A DNA stretch of 64,000 nucleotides from Leptonemataceae bacterium (GCA_965227295.1 OZ245742.1:4096001-4160000); one strand, 5' to 3'; shown: positions 17,938 through 27,336, numbered from the stretch's first letter. Numbers and translations are program-made. Notes: a model not told the origin generated them from the letters alone.

Positions 17938-19500
17938 TCAACTCCGCGAAATCATCTGTAAGTACGCGCTGATAAACCGTTGTACGGGAAGTTCCAGGAG
18001 CGAATACCGACCTGGCCGGTAGTAACGGGAACGCACGCCGGCGTGGTTGTCCTCGGTAATGCGCGTGTCCTGTTCGATGGTATGGCGCCACATCCAGGTG
18101 AGCCGATCCAGGTCGTAGTCGCGCCCCGCCTCGGCCCCGCCGTCTACGAGCCAGGTGACGGTGACTTCGGTTTTCTCCGGAGCGAGGGGCGTGAAACGAA
18201 ACAGCGTCGCATGATCCGCGGCGGCACTGACAAAGTGAATCGGCCCGAGGGCCACGACGGTTTCCCCGCCGTCGAATTCCCGGAAGTTACCCATGAGCGG
18301 GGCAATGGGTTTTCCGTCCTCGCTCAGGGTCTCAAAACCCTCACGAATGGGCTGGCGATAACATACGATGGGTTGTTCGGTGAGGACCCGGGTGACGTGA
18401 TCGCTCATGCCGACGATGCCGTTCTTTGCGCGGACGCCCTCCTCCCAGTGCGCGGTTAATTTTTGATAGGCTTCGATATCTCTCTGTTTTCCCAGGGAGT
18501 TCCCGGCCGCGTGGGCGTTGACCTTGCAGTACTGCGGATGCGTCGGCACGCAGTGGTAACATTCCAGAAAGTTCTCGCTGACCAGCTTCCAGTTGGCCCG
18601 CACGACCGTGCGATCGATGTGCGCGACCCGCGCATCACCAAAGCCGTGCGGCCCGAGGTACTCGTCCAGCATCGAAGACGCCCGGGAAAAATCCGGTGGC
18701 ACGCCGTCGCGTTTCAGGTTGATGAAGATCATCCCGTGGACCAACTGCACATGGCAGGCCATAAGACCGTTCGCCGCCGGATCAAAATCCGCGGGCATGG
18801 CCCGGGCGCCTTTCAACGAGCCGTTGAGATCGTACGACCAGGCATGGTACGGGCAGACCAGCGTCCGCGTTTTACCGGTAGGATTTGTACAGATGTGCGA
18901 GCCGCGATGGCGACAGACGTTGTGGAAGGCGCGCACGTCCCCGTCCTGGTCGCGCAGAATGATGATGGAATCCCCGGCCACATCGAATAGAAAGTAACAA
19001 CCGGTCTCCGGGATCTGAGATACATGGCCCGCATACAACCAGAGGTGCTGGAAGACGTAACGCACGTCCGTCTCGAAGACGTCGTTGTGAGTGTAAAATT
19101 CACGCGGCAGGCTGTAGCCGTGTTCGTACGCGGCAATCCACTGCCGGATGCCTTCGTTCCCGGCCGGCGCGGCCGAAGGCTCCGCAGCAATATCTTCGAA
19201 GTTCGTTTCATTGTCGGCGGATTCCATCGTAAACGCTTCGACCAGTCCCTCCTCGATGGTCTTTTCGACGATGGAACGGAACGGCCGCATGAGCAGGCTC
19301 AGTTCAATGTCGATGTCGACGCGCTGTGCTCCCAGGCGGACCTCGCCCTGGATGCCCGTGCCGGCAATGCGACAGTGATCCCCTTCCCACGTACTGTTGA
19401 TGCCTTCGTCCTGTTGCATGCGTTGCAGAAAGAGACGGACGCGCTCTTTCGCTTCTTGTGCAGAGACTGAAAAGTCTCGTGCGATCGTGATCTGAGTCAT
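17938..19500 (-). CDS. Rieske non-heme iron oxygenase alpha subunit (GbcA/choline monooxygenase-like) with N-terminal PHA_gran_rgn-like domain
   Basis: CRH-x17-CPYH Rieske motif, ENFLECYHC..TH and EQD iron ligands. Residues 1-90 resemble the 'polyhydroxyalkanoic acid system' small protein. A GGGGGA RBS precedes ATG 19500. Confidence 0.88.
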   Translation of the reverse strand: MTQITIARDFSVSAQEAKERVRLFLQRMQQDEGINSTWEGDHCRIAGTGIQGEVRLGAQRVDIDIELSLLMRPFRSIVEKTIEEGLVEAFTMESADNETNFEDIAAEPSAAPAGNEGIRQWIAAYEHGYSLPREFYTHNDVFETDVRYVFQHLWLYAGHVSQIPETGCYFLFDVAGDSIIILRDQDGDVRAFHNVCRHRGSHICTNPTGKTRTLVCPYHAWSYDLNGSLKGARAMPADFDPAANGLMACHVQLVHGMIFINLKRDGVPPDFSRASSMLDEYLGPHGFGDARVAHIDRTVVRANWKLVSENFLECYHCVPTHPQYCKVNAHAAGNSLGKQRDIEAYQKLTAHWEEGVRAKNGIVGMSDHVTRVLTEQPIVCYRQPIREGFETLSEDGKPIAPLMGNFREFDGGETVVALGPIHFVSAAADHATLFRFTPLAPEKTEVTVTWLVDGGAEAGRDYDLDRLTWMWRHTIEQDTRITEDNHAGVRSRYYRPGRYSLLELPVQRFISAYLQMISRS

Positions 19501-19727
19501 AGTTTCCCCCGACAGCATTTGAAGTTCGTCGGACTGTAAGCGATCGTGAACGACGAGTCAATATGCGGCGGAGTGAATGACAAAACATCGGCATGTCTGA
19601 CAGTACCGGGACGACTGACGTTCAGTACGTGATGTTGTCGTTCGTTGCCCCCACCGTTGACCGGCCCTGCCGTTCCGGCGTATATTCTTCAAAACGAAAG
19701 CGCAGAGCTTTCCGGAGGAAGCTGTAA

Positions 19728-20120
19728 TTGAAAACTCTCAGACCATTTTTCTTATTCGTGGATATCGGATTTATCATCTACTGGGTGATCACGTTCTGGA
19801 AGTTGATACCGGGTGAATATCTCTTCCCGGATTATCACAACGTGCTCATGGTCACCTGGAACTGGTCCTTTTTCCCGCTGGACATTTTCGTTTCGCTGAC
19901 CGGGCTCACGAGCGTGTACTTCTACGGTCGCGATCACGAGCTGTGGAAACCGCTGGCCCTGCTGTCCCTGGTGTTGACGTTCACGTCCGGCCTGCAGGCC
20001 ATCGCGTTCTGGACGATCCAGGGCTGGTTCGATTGGAGCTGGTGGTTGCCCAACCTGTTCCTAATGATCTACCCGCTGTTTTTTATTCCCCGCTTCGTGC
20101 GGGAGTACGGTCGGTCTTAG
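19728..20120 (+). CDS. YvaD/DUF5360-family membrane protein
   Basis: D.GF..YW, DY.N..MV.WNWSFFPLD, SGLQAIAFW, WW.PNLFL; GGAGGA RBS, TTG start. Confidence 0.8.
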   Translation: MKTLRPFFLFVDIGFIIYWVITFWKLIPGEYLFPDYHNVLMVTWNWSFFPLDIFVSLTGLTSVYFYGRDHELWKPLALLSLVLTFTSGLQAIAFWTIQGWFDWSWWLPNLFLMIYPLFFIPRFVREYGRS

Positions 20121-20121
20121 T

Positions 20122-20934
20122 TCAGCGGGCGTTGCGAAGTACGGCGCGCAGTTCGTTTAAGTAACTGCGGCCGACCGGAATCACACTATCGTCCTCGTCG
20201 CGCAGACGCAGGACGTACGTGCCGCCGAAGGCGTGTTCCACGTTTTCGATGAAGTCCAGGTTCGCGGCGAAAGACTTGTGCACGCGTACGATGTTGGGCG
20301 GCGCGTGTTCGAGTAATGATTTGAGGAGCCGGCTCGTTTCGTAATCGCGGGTTAACGTATGGATCGTCGACTTCTTACCCCGCGACGCCACGTACAGAAT
20401 GTCGGCAAACGGAATCGCAATGCTTGCGGATCGTTCACGAATTTCCAGTTTCGAGCGGCCCGGAGCATCGGTGTCGGGATTCCTCAGCAAAGAATTCGGG
20501 CGAGCCTGAAACTTCCGCACGGCGGCCTGTAGTTTTCGCGTGGAATCGTAAAGCCGAATGAAGTAGGCGCTCGTTGCGAAGACCAACAGCGCGGGAATGA
20601 AGAAGATGTATACATAGTCCGAAAACTGCAGCGTATCCGGGGCGATGGCGAACGTAGTCAGCGTCACGGAAATCGTGGTAACACAGGCGGCGGTAAACAA
20701 CGCGGCAAGCAGCAGGCTCAGTGCAAAACGCGTTCGCGATTCATTGTTCCCCTCACGGTACTTCCGTGAGAAAAGAGCGGCGGAACCGAAGATCAAAAAA
20801 GTATTCACGCTGGCGATGAAGACGCGCTGTGCCAGCGTGAGGCAACCGTCGTCGTAGCGAAAGAGTCCGATCACGGACCCCGTAACGATGCTGAACACCA
20901 GGAGCTGCGCAGTGTAGAGAAAGTACGTGAACAT
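20122..20934 (-). CDS. Membrane-anchored LytTR-domain transcriptional regulator
   Basis: Four N-terminal TM helices; C-terminal I.F.DILY, RVHKSFAAN, IPVGRSY. Confidence 0.88.
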   Translation of the reverse strand: MFTYFLYTAQLLVFSIVTGSVIGLFRYDDGCLTLAQRVFIASVNTFLIFGSAALFSRKYREGNNESRTRFALSLLLAALFTAACVTTISVTLTTFAIAPDTLQFSDYVYIFFIPALLVFATSAYFIRLYDSTRKLQAAVRKFQARPNSLLRNPDTDAPGRSKLEIRERSASIAIPFADILYVASRGKKSTIHTLTRDYETSRLLKSLLEHAPPNIVRVHKSFAANLDFIENVEHAFGGTYVLRLRDEDDSVIPVGRSYLNELRAVLRNAR

Positions 20935-20983
20935 CGCCGGAATTGAGAATCAGCGAGCCGCGCATAACGGCAAGCAGAAACCT

Positions 20984-22537
20984 TCAAACGCGAAAGTGGC
21001 GGATCAACTCCGAAACCTGCTCGCCGCCCCGGCGCACGTCTGCGCCGATCGTCTTAATCTCCAGGGCCTCGTCACTGATGGCCTGGGTGTCGTTGGAAAG
21101 GCTCATGATACTGTCGGCGATCTCCCGGGCCGAGCGGCGTTCTTCATCGACGGCGCGGGTAAGGTCCACGGCGAACTGATTCGCGGAGTTCACGAACGCT
21201 TCGATGCGTTCCGAGCGCCGGCCCTCCTCTTCGACGATACCGGCAATCTCCGTCACACCGACTTCCATGCGACGCACGGAATCGCCCACCTCTCGAATAC
21301 CGTCCACGGCGCGTTCGACCTCGGCCGTCCCGTCGGTAACGGAGACCACCGTGGCATTCACGTAATTGCCGATTTCTTTTACGCTGTGCGCGGTCTGATC
21401 GGCCAGCCTGGAGATTTCGTCCGCGACGACTGCGAATCCGCGACCCTGCTCGCCGGCCCGGGCCGCTTCGATAGCGGCGTTCAGCGAAAGTAAGTTGATG
21501 CGTTCGGAAATGTCCCGAATGATGTCGATGATGTTGCCGATTTCCTCGGAGCTGTTGCGGATCTCCTTCATCGATTGAATGGCCTGGCCGACCTTGCGCT
21601 CGCTGTCCCCGGCCAGGTCGGAGCATTGTTTCGAAACCCCGGCCAGTCCCCCGGCCGATTCCCGGGCCCGGCCCAGGCCCGCGGCCAGATCCCGGGAATC
21701 TCCGGCAATGAGCTTAATATCTTCTTTCTGCTTGTTAACGTTGTTGCCGGTAACTTCAAAGGACGCGGTCAGTTGTTCCACCGCCGATGAGATCTCTTCC
21801 GCCGCCGCGGCCTGGCTCGACGCGTTGTCGGACATGCGTTCGGCGGAATCGGCCAGTCGCCGGGCCAGGTCCTGCTGCGCTTCGTTTTGTGTTCGCACCT
21901 GGAACAGAATGCCCCACAGACTCACCGACAGACTGTTTACGGAATCGTAGATCCGCCGGAACAAGAATCCGGCGCCTTTCTGCTCGTGGGCGTCGCGCAG
22001 GCCGATCAAATCTCCCCGCAACAGCAGGCCCAGGGCCCCTTCGATGCGCCGGATCGCGGCGGCGGTTCCGGTCAGGATTGGTACGAAGCGCTCCAGGATG
22101 CGCCGGAAGCGGGATTGTTCGAGGCGATCCCGGCGCCAGGCTTTGCGATATAGAGCTTCCCAGCGCCGGATCTCCGCTTCTCCGGCCCGGCGGCGGACGG
22201 ACATGTACCCGGTAATCGCGCCGTTTTCATGAACCGGTGTGACCATAGCTTCTACCCAGTAGAAGTTACCGCTGCTGGCCCGGTTCTTCACGATGCCCCG
22301 CCAGGCGTTGCCCGCTTTGATCGTCTCCCAGAGGTCCGCGAAGACGGCCGGGGGAACGTCCGGATGGCGGACGATGTTGTGCGCTTTGCCGATCATGTCT
22401 TCCGGGGCAAATTCACTGAGCCGGGCGAAGTCCGGGCTCACGTAAACGATGCGCCCTTTGAGATCGGTACGAGAAATGATTACGTCCGAGTCCCGAACGG
22501 GATTTTCCTGGTCTGTAACGGGGAGATTCTGCCTCAC
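20984..22537 (-). CDS. PAS-domain methyl-accepting chemotaxis protein (Aer-like)
   Basis: SRTDLKGRI, HNIVRHPDVP, W.GIVKN, YWVEA; MCP hairpin INLLSLNAAIEAARAGEQGRGFAVVADE. Confidence 0.93.
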   Translation of the reverse strand: MRQNLPVTDQENPVRDSDVIISRTDLKGRIVYVSPDFARLSEFAPEDMIGKAHNIVRHPDVPPAVFADLWETIKAGNAWRGIVKNRASSGNFYWVEAMVTPVHENGAITGYMSVRRRAGEAEIRRWEALYRKAWRRDRLEQSRFRRILERFVPILTGTAAAIRRIEGALGLLLRGDLIGLRDAHEQKGAGFLFRRIYDSVNSLSVSLWGILFQVRTQNEAQQDLARRLADSAERMSDNASSQAAAAEEISSAVEQLTASFEVTGNNVNKQKEDIKLIAGDSRDLAAGLGRARESAGGLAGVSKQCSDLAGDSERKVGQAIQSMKEIRNSSEEIGNIIDIIRDISERINLLSLNAAIEAARAGEQGRGFAVVADEISRLADQTAHSVKEIGNYVNATVVSVTDGTAEVERAVDGIREVGDSVRRMEVGVTEIAGIVEEEGRRSERIEAFVNSANQFAVDLTRAVDEERRSAREIADSIMSLSNDTQAISDEALEIKTIGADVRRGGEQVSELIRHFRV

Positions 22538-22646
22538 ACGTCCAACGTTAGTAATAACGCATGCGCAGGCGAATGATTTTACATCCCGGGTGTGGATTCC
22601 GGCGGATCTATCCTGAGACGGGAAACATTCCCGGCCGCTCCCCGTC

Positions 22647-23483
22647 TCACCGGCTTCCCCCCAGGGTCTCCTCGAACGCCTGGGGATCCCGGCCGGTAAG
22701 GTCCTTTACCGCCGAAGAAAGCGACTCCATCTCTCCGGCCGCCATGGCCAGGTACGTGCCGATCCACACGTCCTGTTCCCACTGCGGGACGTCGAACTCC
22801 GCCCGCCATTTGCGGCCGTCGGCCTCGCTTTCTTCTTCGTACGTAAACTTCCGGCCGAGAACTTTCGAGAGCCGCGCCGCCGTGGCATCCAGGTCCAGGG
22901 CCTCGGGACCCGTAAGTTCGTACCGCTGAGAGTTAGCCGGCGGCTGGACGAGCAGTTGGGCGGCGACCCGCGCCACATCGTCTCGCGCCACCCAGGCGAC
23001 CTTGCCGTTCCCGGCCGGCCCGCGGATGCGATCCTGGTCGTCGGTGAGATGCGGGGCGATGTCCTGGTAGAGCGAATCCTGCAATGATGAAAAAGATATG
23101 CCGCTCGCTTCGAGATACAGCTCCGTTTGATGATGATCGCGGCCGTACGGAAACTTCGACTCCGGCGTGGCGCATTGAAACGAAGTGTACACCAGGTGCC
23201 GGACGCCCGCTGCGGCCGCGGCGTCGATGGCGTTCTTGTGCAAGAGTGCGCGCTTCATCGGCTCCGCGTATACCGAGACGATCAGCGCCGCCTGTACGCC
23301 GTCCATTGCTGACGCGAGGCTCTCCGGTTTTTCGTACTCGCCGGTAACGATTTCGCACGACTGCAAATCATCCGGCACGCGCGACGGATCTCGCGCGAGG
23401 AGCCGCACCCGCGCTCCGTCCTTGTGTAAGATTCTTGCAACGCGACTGCCGACGGCGCCGCTGCTTCCGGTAACGAGGATCAT
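22647..23483 (-). CDS. NmrA-like/atypical SDR NAD(P)H-binding oxidoreductase
   Basis: ILVTGSSGAVG, AAAAAGVRHLVYTS, VARDDVA, YELTGPEAL. Confidence 0.88.
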   Translation of the reverse strand: MILVTGSSGAVGSRVARILHKDGARVRLLARDPSRVPDDLQSCEIVTGEYEKPESLASAMDGVQAALIVSVYAEPMKRALLHKNAIDAAAAAGVRHLVYTSFQCATPESKFPYGRDHHQTELYLEASGISFSSLQDSLYQDIAPHLTDDQDRIRGPAGNGKVAWVARDDVARVAAQLLVQPPANSQRYELTGPEALDLDATAARLSKVLGRKFTYEEESEADGRKWRAEFDVPQWEQDVWIGTYLAMAAGEMESLSSAVKDLTGRDPQAFEETLGGSR

Positions 23484-23541
23484 GGGCCTTGAGACGCGTG
23501 TTCGGCGCGACGGTTACGTGAAACGTTCCACACGCCCGAAA

Positions 23542-23973
23542 TCAACCATCCTCCGTAAGAAACAACGGGAAGGCCGGCCGTCCCAGGGGTTTCGCCGCCA
23601 GCGAAAGCAACAGCATTTCGCTATCGTCGGGAGCAATGCGATTCGAATGAATGACACCGCAACCGCGACATCGATGCAGCAGGACCCATTCGTCGCTGCG
23701 TACCCATATGGCGATCGGTTCCATGATGCTGCCGCAGTCCGCGGCCCGATCCCCCGGGCGATGATCTACGTGCAGGCTGTGCAAACAGAGCGGACAATGA
23801 TTGCGTTGCGTCGTACCGGAATGCGCCGGGCCGATTAGAGCCCGACACTTGCGGCAGCGAAAGTCAGCGCCGGCCTTCTGTTTCTGATGAGGCTTCGGTG
23901 CGTGATCGTGGGCGGAACGCCCGCGTTTTACTGGAATCTTCTCGAAAGAGAAGTCATCGGATTTTCGTATCAT
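23542..23973 (-). CDS. RNHCP domain protein
   Basis: FRCRKC, QRNHCPLCLHSLHVD, PGDRAADCG, HRCRGCG, NRIAPDD. Confidence 0.92.
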   Translation of the reverse strand: MIRKSDDFSFEKIPVKRGRSAHDHAPKPHQKQKAGADFRCRKCRALIGPAHSGTTQRNHCPLCLHSLHVDHRPGDRAADCGSIMEPIAIWVRSDEWVLLHRCRGCGVIHSNRIAPDDSEMLLLSLAAKPLGRPAFPLFLTEDG

Positions 23974-24211
23974 CTCCTGTAACGGCGAGGATGGGCTGGA
24001 GGCCCGGGACAGGAGTGAGTCCGCGCAGGCGAAGCTTGCGAGCAGAACACAACGAGAGAAGGCCGCCGTCGGCCGTTACGAAGTATTATTGTGGGCTGCC
24101 CGGAGTCGCGGTGCGCCGACCCTTACGAATGATTGGCCGCGATAAACACGACACCAGGGGAATCCAGGGCGGCCGTTCCGTCAATCGCTTTCGCCGACGC
24201 GGCAAGATACA

Positions 24212-27200
24212 TCACGCCGACGGTACATTTTGCCGGCGCTCGTCCCTGGTCTCCAGCGCGCGCACGGCAATGTTGCACGTATCGTGGAGCGCGCCCGAGG
24301 TAAATCGATCCAGGCGTTCCAGCCAGGCGGCGGGTAGTTTGCTTTCCACCATCCGAAACAGGTTCAGGTCCGCAGGCACTGCGCTCATTAACAGGAGCTC
24401 GCGGGAAACGGCGAGCTGTAAGATGCAGCCGCGCACCAGGTCACTCAGCAGTTCCGTCTCCCGCGGATTGTGCGAGCCGCCGTAGCTGCGTTCCATCATC
24501 AGCACCTGACCGCTTTCTTCCAGGTGCACCGGGCGCACCTCCTGTTGTTTGGCGCGATCGATGCCGACCTCGTACTGCTTCGCAATCTGCGCGATCATCT
24601 CCGCCACCCGATCCAGATAACGCCGGGTGACCTCGTTTTTTTCCGAGCGCAGGTCGATGGACAGGCGCGCCTTCGAACTGCTGCGAATGTAGCTCACGTG
24701 ATCCATGCGGCAGAGGCGGACGCCCTCCCCGCCGCGTTCCACGTTCTTTGCTAATGTTGTCGCAGCGTAAGCTTGCAGATCGCGCACAAGATCTTCGCGT
24801 TGTTCCTCGTCCAGGCGATCCCCTTCCACGGCCAGGGAAAAACTCACCGAGCCCGGGATGACGTTGCGGTTCGTACCCGGTTGCAGGCGCACGTTACCGG
24901 CCACGGCGCGGAATTCTCGATCGTCTCCTGCGCTTGCGTCCAACTCCTGGACGAGTTCAATGAACTTATGCGTGAACCGGCCCGCGGCCACCCCCGGATC
25001 CCGACGATCGTACGTCGGCGTGGCGCCGGCGTGATTCATCTCCCCCTCGAACGTCCAGCGCGTCGCCAGGTTCGTCTCCTCGTGACAGGTAGAAGTATCC
25101 GAGGTCTCCGACTCGTCCTGGTGCTCGCCCTCGAGGATGCCCACGGTCAGACGCACGTCGTCGTCGCCTTCCAGGAATTCCAGAACCAGTTCCCGCAGAC
25201 GGCGGTTCATTTCCAGTGCCGCGGCCTCGGCCTGATCGCCTTCGAAGAAGAAGTCCTCCTGGTAGATGCCCATGATCGTACCCACCATCACGATGGGCAC
25301 GCCGTTGCGGTCGAGGATCGGCCCCTGTTCGATGTGACGTTCGTAGCTGTGCGGTGAATAGAACTCCGTGGGATCATAGCACGCTTCGAGTAACTCCGCA
25401 AAGTCCGTGGGCGTATGACCGTCGGCGGAGGCCTCGGGTTTCGGCAGATCATTCAACAGCTGGATGTCGCCGCTTTGTTGAACGGCGGCCAGTTGCACGA
25501 GCATGTGATGCAATAGATCGCCCCAGCGTTCGCCGTTGCCGTTGGTCATATCGTGGATGAGTTCCGGTGTCGCCCGCCCGGCCACCGCCGCACTGCCGGG
25601 CATGGATACGCCCTGGCCGGTAAACGTCATCTCCTCGCCGATGAACGCGCTCACCAACAGACGCACAGGGCGGTCTTTCGTAACGATGGTATGACTGCAG
25701 TACTGCTCGAGGTCGTGCAACGTGTGGGCCGTTTCGATGCCGGACAGGACGCCCAGGCGGCCGTCGAATTTGCCCCCGTCGTTCACCGTATCGATGTGCG
25801 AACCGTGGGCGACGGTGTGGCGCAGCACGTCCGCGATCTTAAGTTCCCCGGAACGGATCTTAGCGTCTTCGCCGGGAGCCAGAAGCAAACCGTGCAGATT
25901 GCCCACCCGGTCCACGGCCACGGAGAGCCCCGCCGCCTGCATGTCCTGGATCGTAAGAATCGTGGAACGCACGAATCCCGGCGTAAGCGCCCGGGCGTCA
26001 ATGCGGCCGTCCTCTTCTTTGGAGACCGCGCCGAGACGGTCGATGCGGCGGCGCAGTCGCACCCCGACGCCGCGCAAGCGTTCCAGTTCGCGGACATCAC
26101 TCAGGAACCTGCTGATGTCCGCGCCTTCTTCCAGTTCCCGGCCGATATGATTCAGAGTATTGTAGTATACGATCACGCAGGCCACGTCCGCGAGGACTTC
26201 CAGTTCCTGCTCGGACCAACGCGCGTCTTCGCGAACGATGTGTTCGAGGTTCGTATCGCGTACGAGCTGGCGCAGTTCCGCGAGTATGGCGGGCACGTCA
26301 CCGCTGCGTTCCTCCCGGGCGTATATCAACAGCCGCGCGAGGTCCGCGAAGGCGTCTCCGCGTCCCGTGCGGCGATCCCGATCGTCGTCCCGGGGCGTGG
26401 GATCGTGGTGGCCCATGTGTTCGACGGTGATGTTGTTCGCGTAGGTCCACGTTTCCGGATCGCCGATGCTGCCCGGCTCGGCTCCGCTGAGCCGGCGCAC
26501 GAGATCCGCATGATCCTTAAGTTCTATTGCACGTAAGTTAATCTCGGAGGCGTCGCATTCCAGAAGCTCGCTGATGTGGTGACGCTGTTCGATGGTGAGT
26601 TCGTGTTCGTCCAGGCGGAAGTGGCCGAGGAGCGGCGCACGAAAGACCAGGGCGTCCGGGGAGTGCAGGAACTCCCGCACGAGAGCCACCGGGAACGGCT
26701 CGTTGACGTACAGGGTCGGATCGATCACCCGTTCCACGGCCCGGCCGTTGTCCTCGTCCCAGAACGTGCAGACGGTGAAGATGTGCGTGCGCGCGATGGC
26801 GAACTGTACGCGCTCCTCGTGATGCAACACGTAGTTTCCGGCGTGAATCTCACCGGCTTCGATCTCCACGTCAGGACACGTCTCCACGAGCATCTTTCGC
26901 AGCCGCGGATCGTTGAGGTCTCCCAGACTGTGCAGAGGATTATCGAGAACGAGGGCGTGCTTGCGTTTTTCGAGATCGCCCTCCTGCAGGGCCGCCGGCG
27001 ACATGTTGCGTTCCATAATCAGGCCGCGAGCCAGAGCATAGGACGGAATGCCCAGTTGCACAAGATACTCGATGATGAGCGACGCCTTCTTACCGCAGCC
27101 GTACTCCGCCACGGAGTACGGCAGGGCCAGATACGCCAGGATCAGATCAAAGATGTCGTCCTGCTCATGCAACATCGGCAGGCCCGTGGAGGCGTCGCGA

Positions 27201-27247
27201 TCTATACTTACCGGAAGGGTCTCAGGTTTCGAACCGAATACGAGCAT
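24212..27247 (-). CDS. Fusion protein: N-terminal Cys-His-Asp (protein-glutaminase-like) domain plus M20 Zn amidohydrolase (allantoate amidohydrolase/N-carbamoylase-like)
   Basis: The M20 half has GSHIDTV..GGKFDG..GV, GEE, HIEQGP, NHAGATP, SHNPRE and SGALHD. The N-terminal half has PY...GC..KA, HIFTV and VIDPTL. Confidence 0.75.
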   Translation of the reverse strand: MLVFGSKPETLPVSIDRDASTGLPMLHEQDDIFDLILAYLALPYSVAEYGCGKKASLIIEYLVQLGIPSYALARGLIMERNMSPAALQEGDLEKRKHALVLDNPLHSLGDLNDPRLRKMLVETCPDVEIEAGEIHAGNYVLHHEERVQFAIARTHIFTVCTFWDEDNGRAVERVIDPTLYVNEPFPVALVREFLHSPDALVFRAPLLGHFRLDEHELTIEQRHHISELLECDASEINLRAIELKDHADLVRRLSGAEPGSIGDPETWTYANNITVEHMGHHDPTPRDDDRDRRTGRGDAFADLARLLIYAREERSGDVPAILAELRQLVRDTNLEHIVREDARWSEQELEVLADVACVIVYYNTLNHIGRELEEGADISRFLSDVRELERLRGVGVRLRRRIDRLGAVSKEEDGRIDARALTPGFVRSTILTIQDMQAAGLSVAVDRVGNLHGLLLAPGEDAKIRSGELKIADVLRHTVAHGSHIDTVNDGGKFDGRLGVLSGIETAHTLHDLEQYCSHTIVTKDRPVRLLVSAFIGEEMTFTGQGVSMPGSAAVAGRATPELIHDMTNGNGERWGDLLHHMLVQLAAVQQSGDIQLLNDLPKPEASADGHTPTDFAELLEACYDPTEFYSPHSYERHIEQGPILDRNGVPIVMVGTIMGIYQEDFFFEGDQAEAAALEMNRRLRELVLEFLEGDDDVRLTVGILEGEHQDESETSDTSTCHEETNLATRWTFEGEMNHAGATPTYDRRDPGVAAGRFTHKFIELVQELDASAGDDREFRAVAGNVRLQPGTNRNVIPGSVSFSLAVEGDRLDEEQREDLVRDLQAYAATTLAKNVERGGEGVRLCRMDHVSYIRSSSKARLSIDLRSEKNEVTRRYLDRVAEMIAQIAKQYEVGIDRAKQQEVRPVHLEESGQVLMMERSYGGSHNPRETELLSDLVRGCILQLAVSRELLLMSAVPADLNLFRMVESKLPAAWLERLDRFTSGALHDTCNIAVRALETRDERRQNVPSA

Positions 27248-27336
27248 AGGGTAAGCTTAGCGCGGCCCCACGGATTAGTCAACCGCAGCACAACGGCCCC
27301 GACCGTCGACATGCCGGCCGAGCGAGAAGTCTCGCT

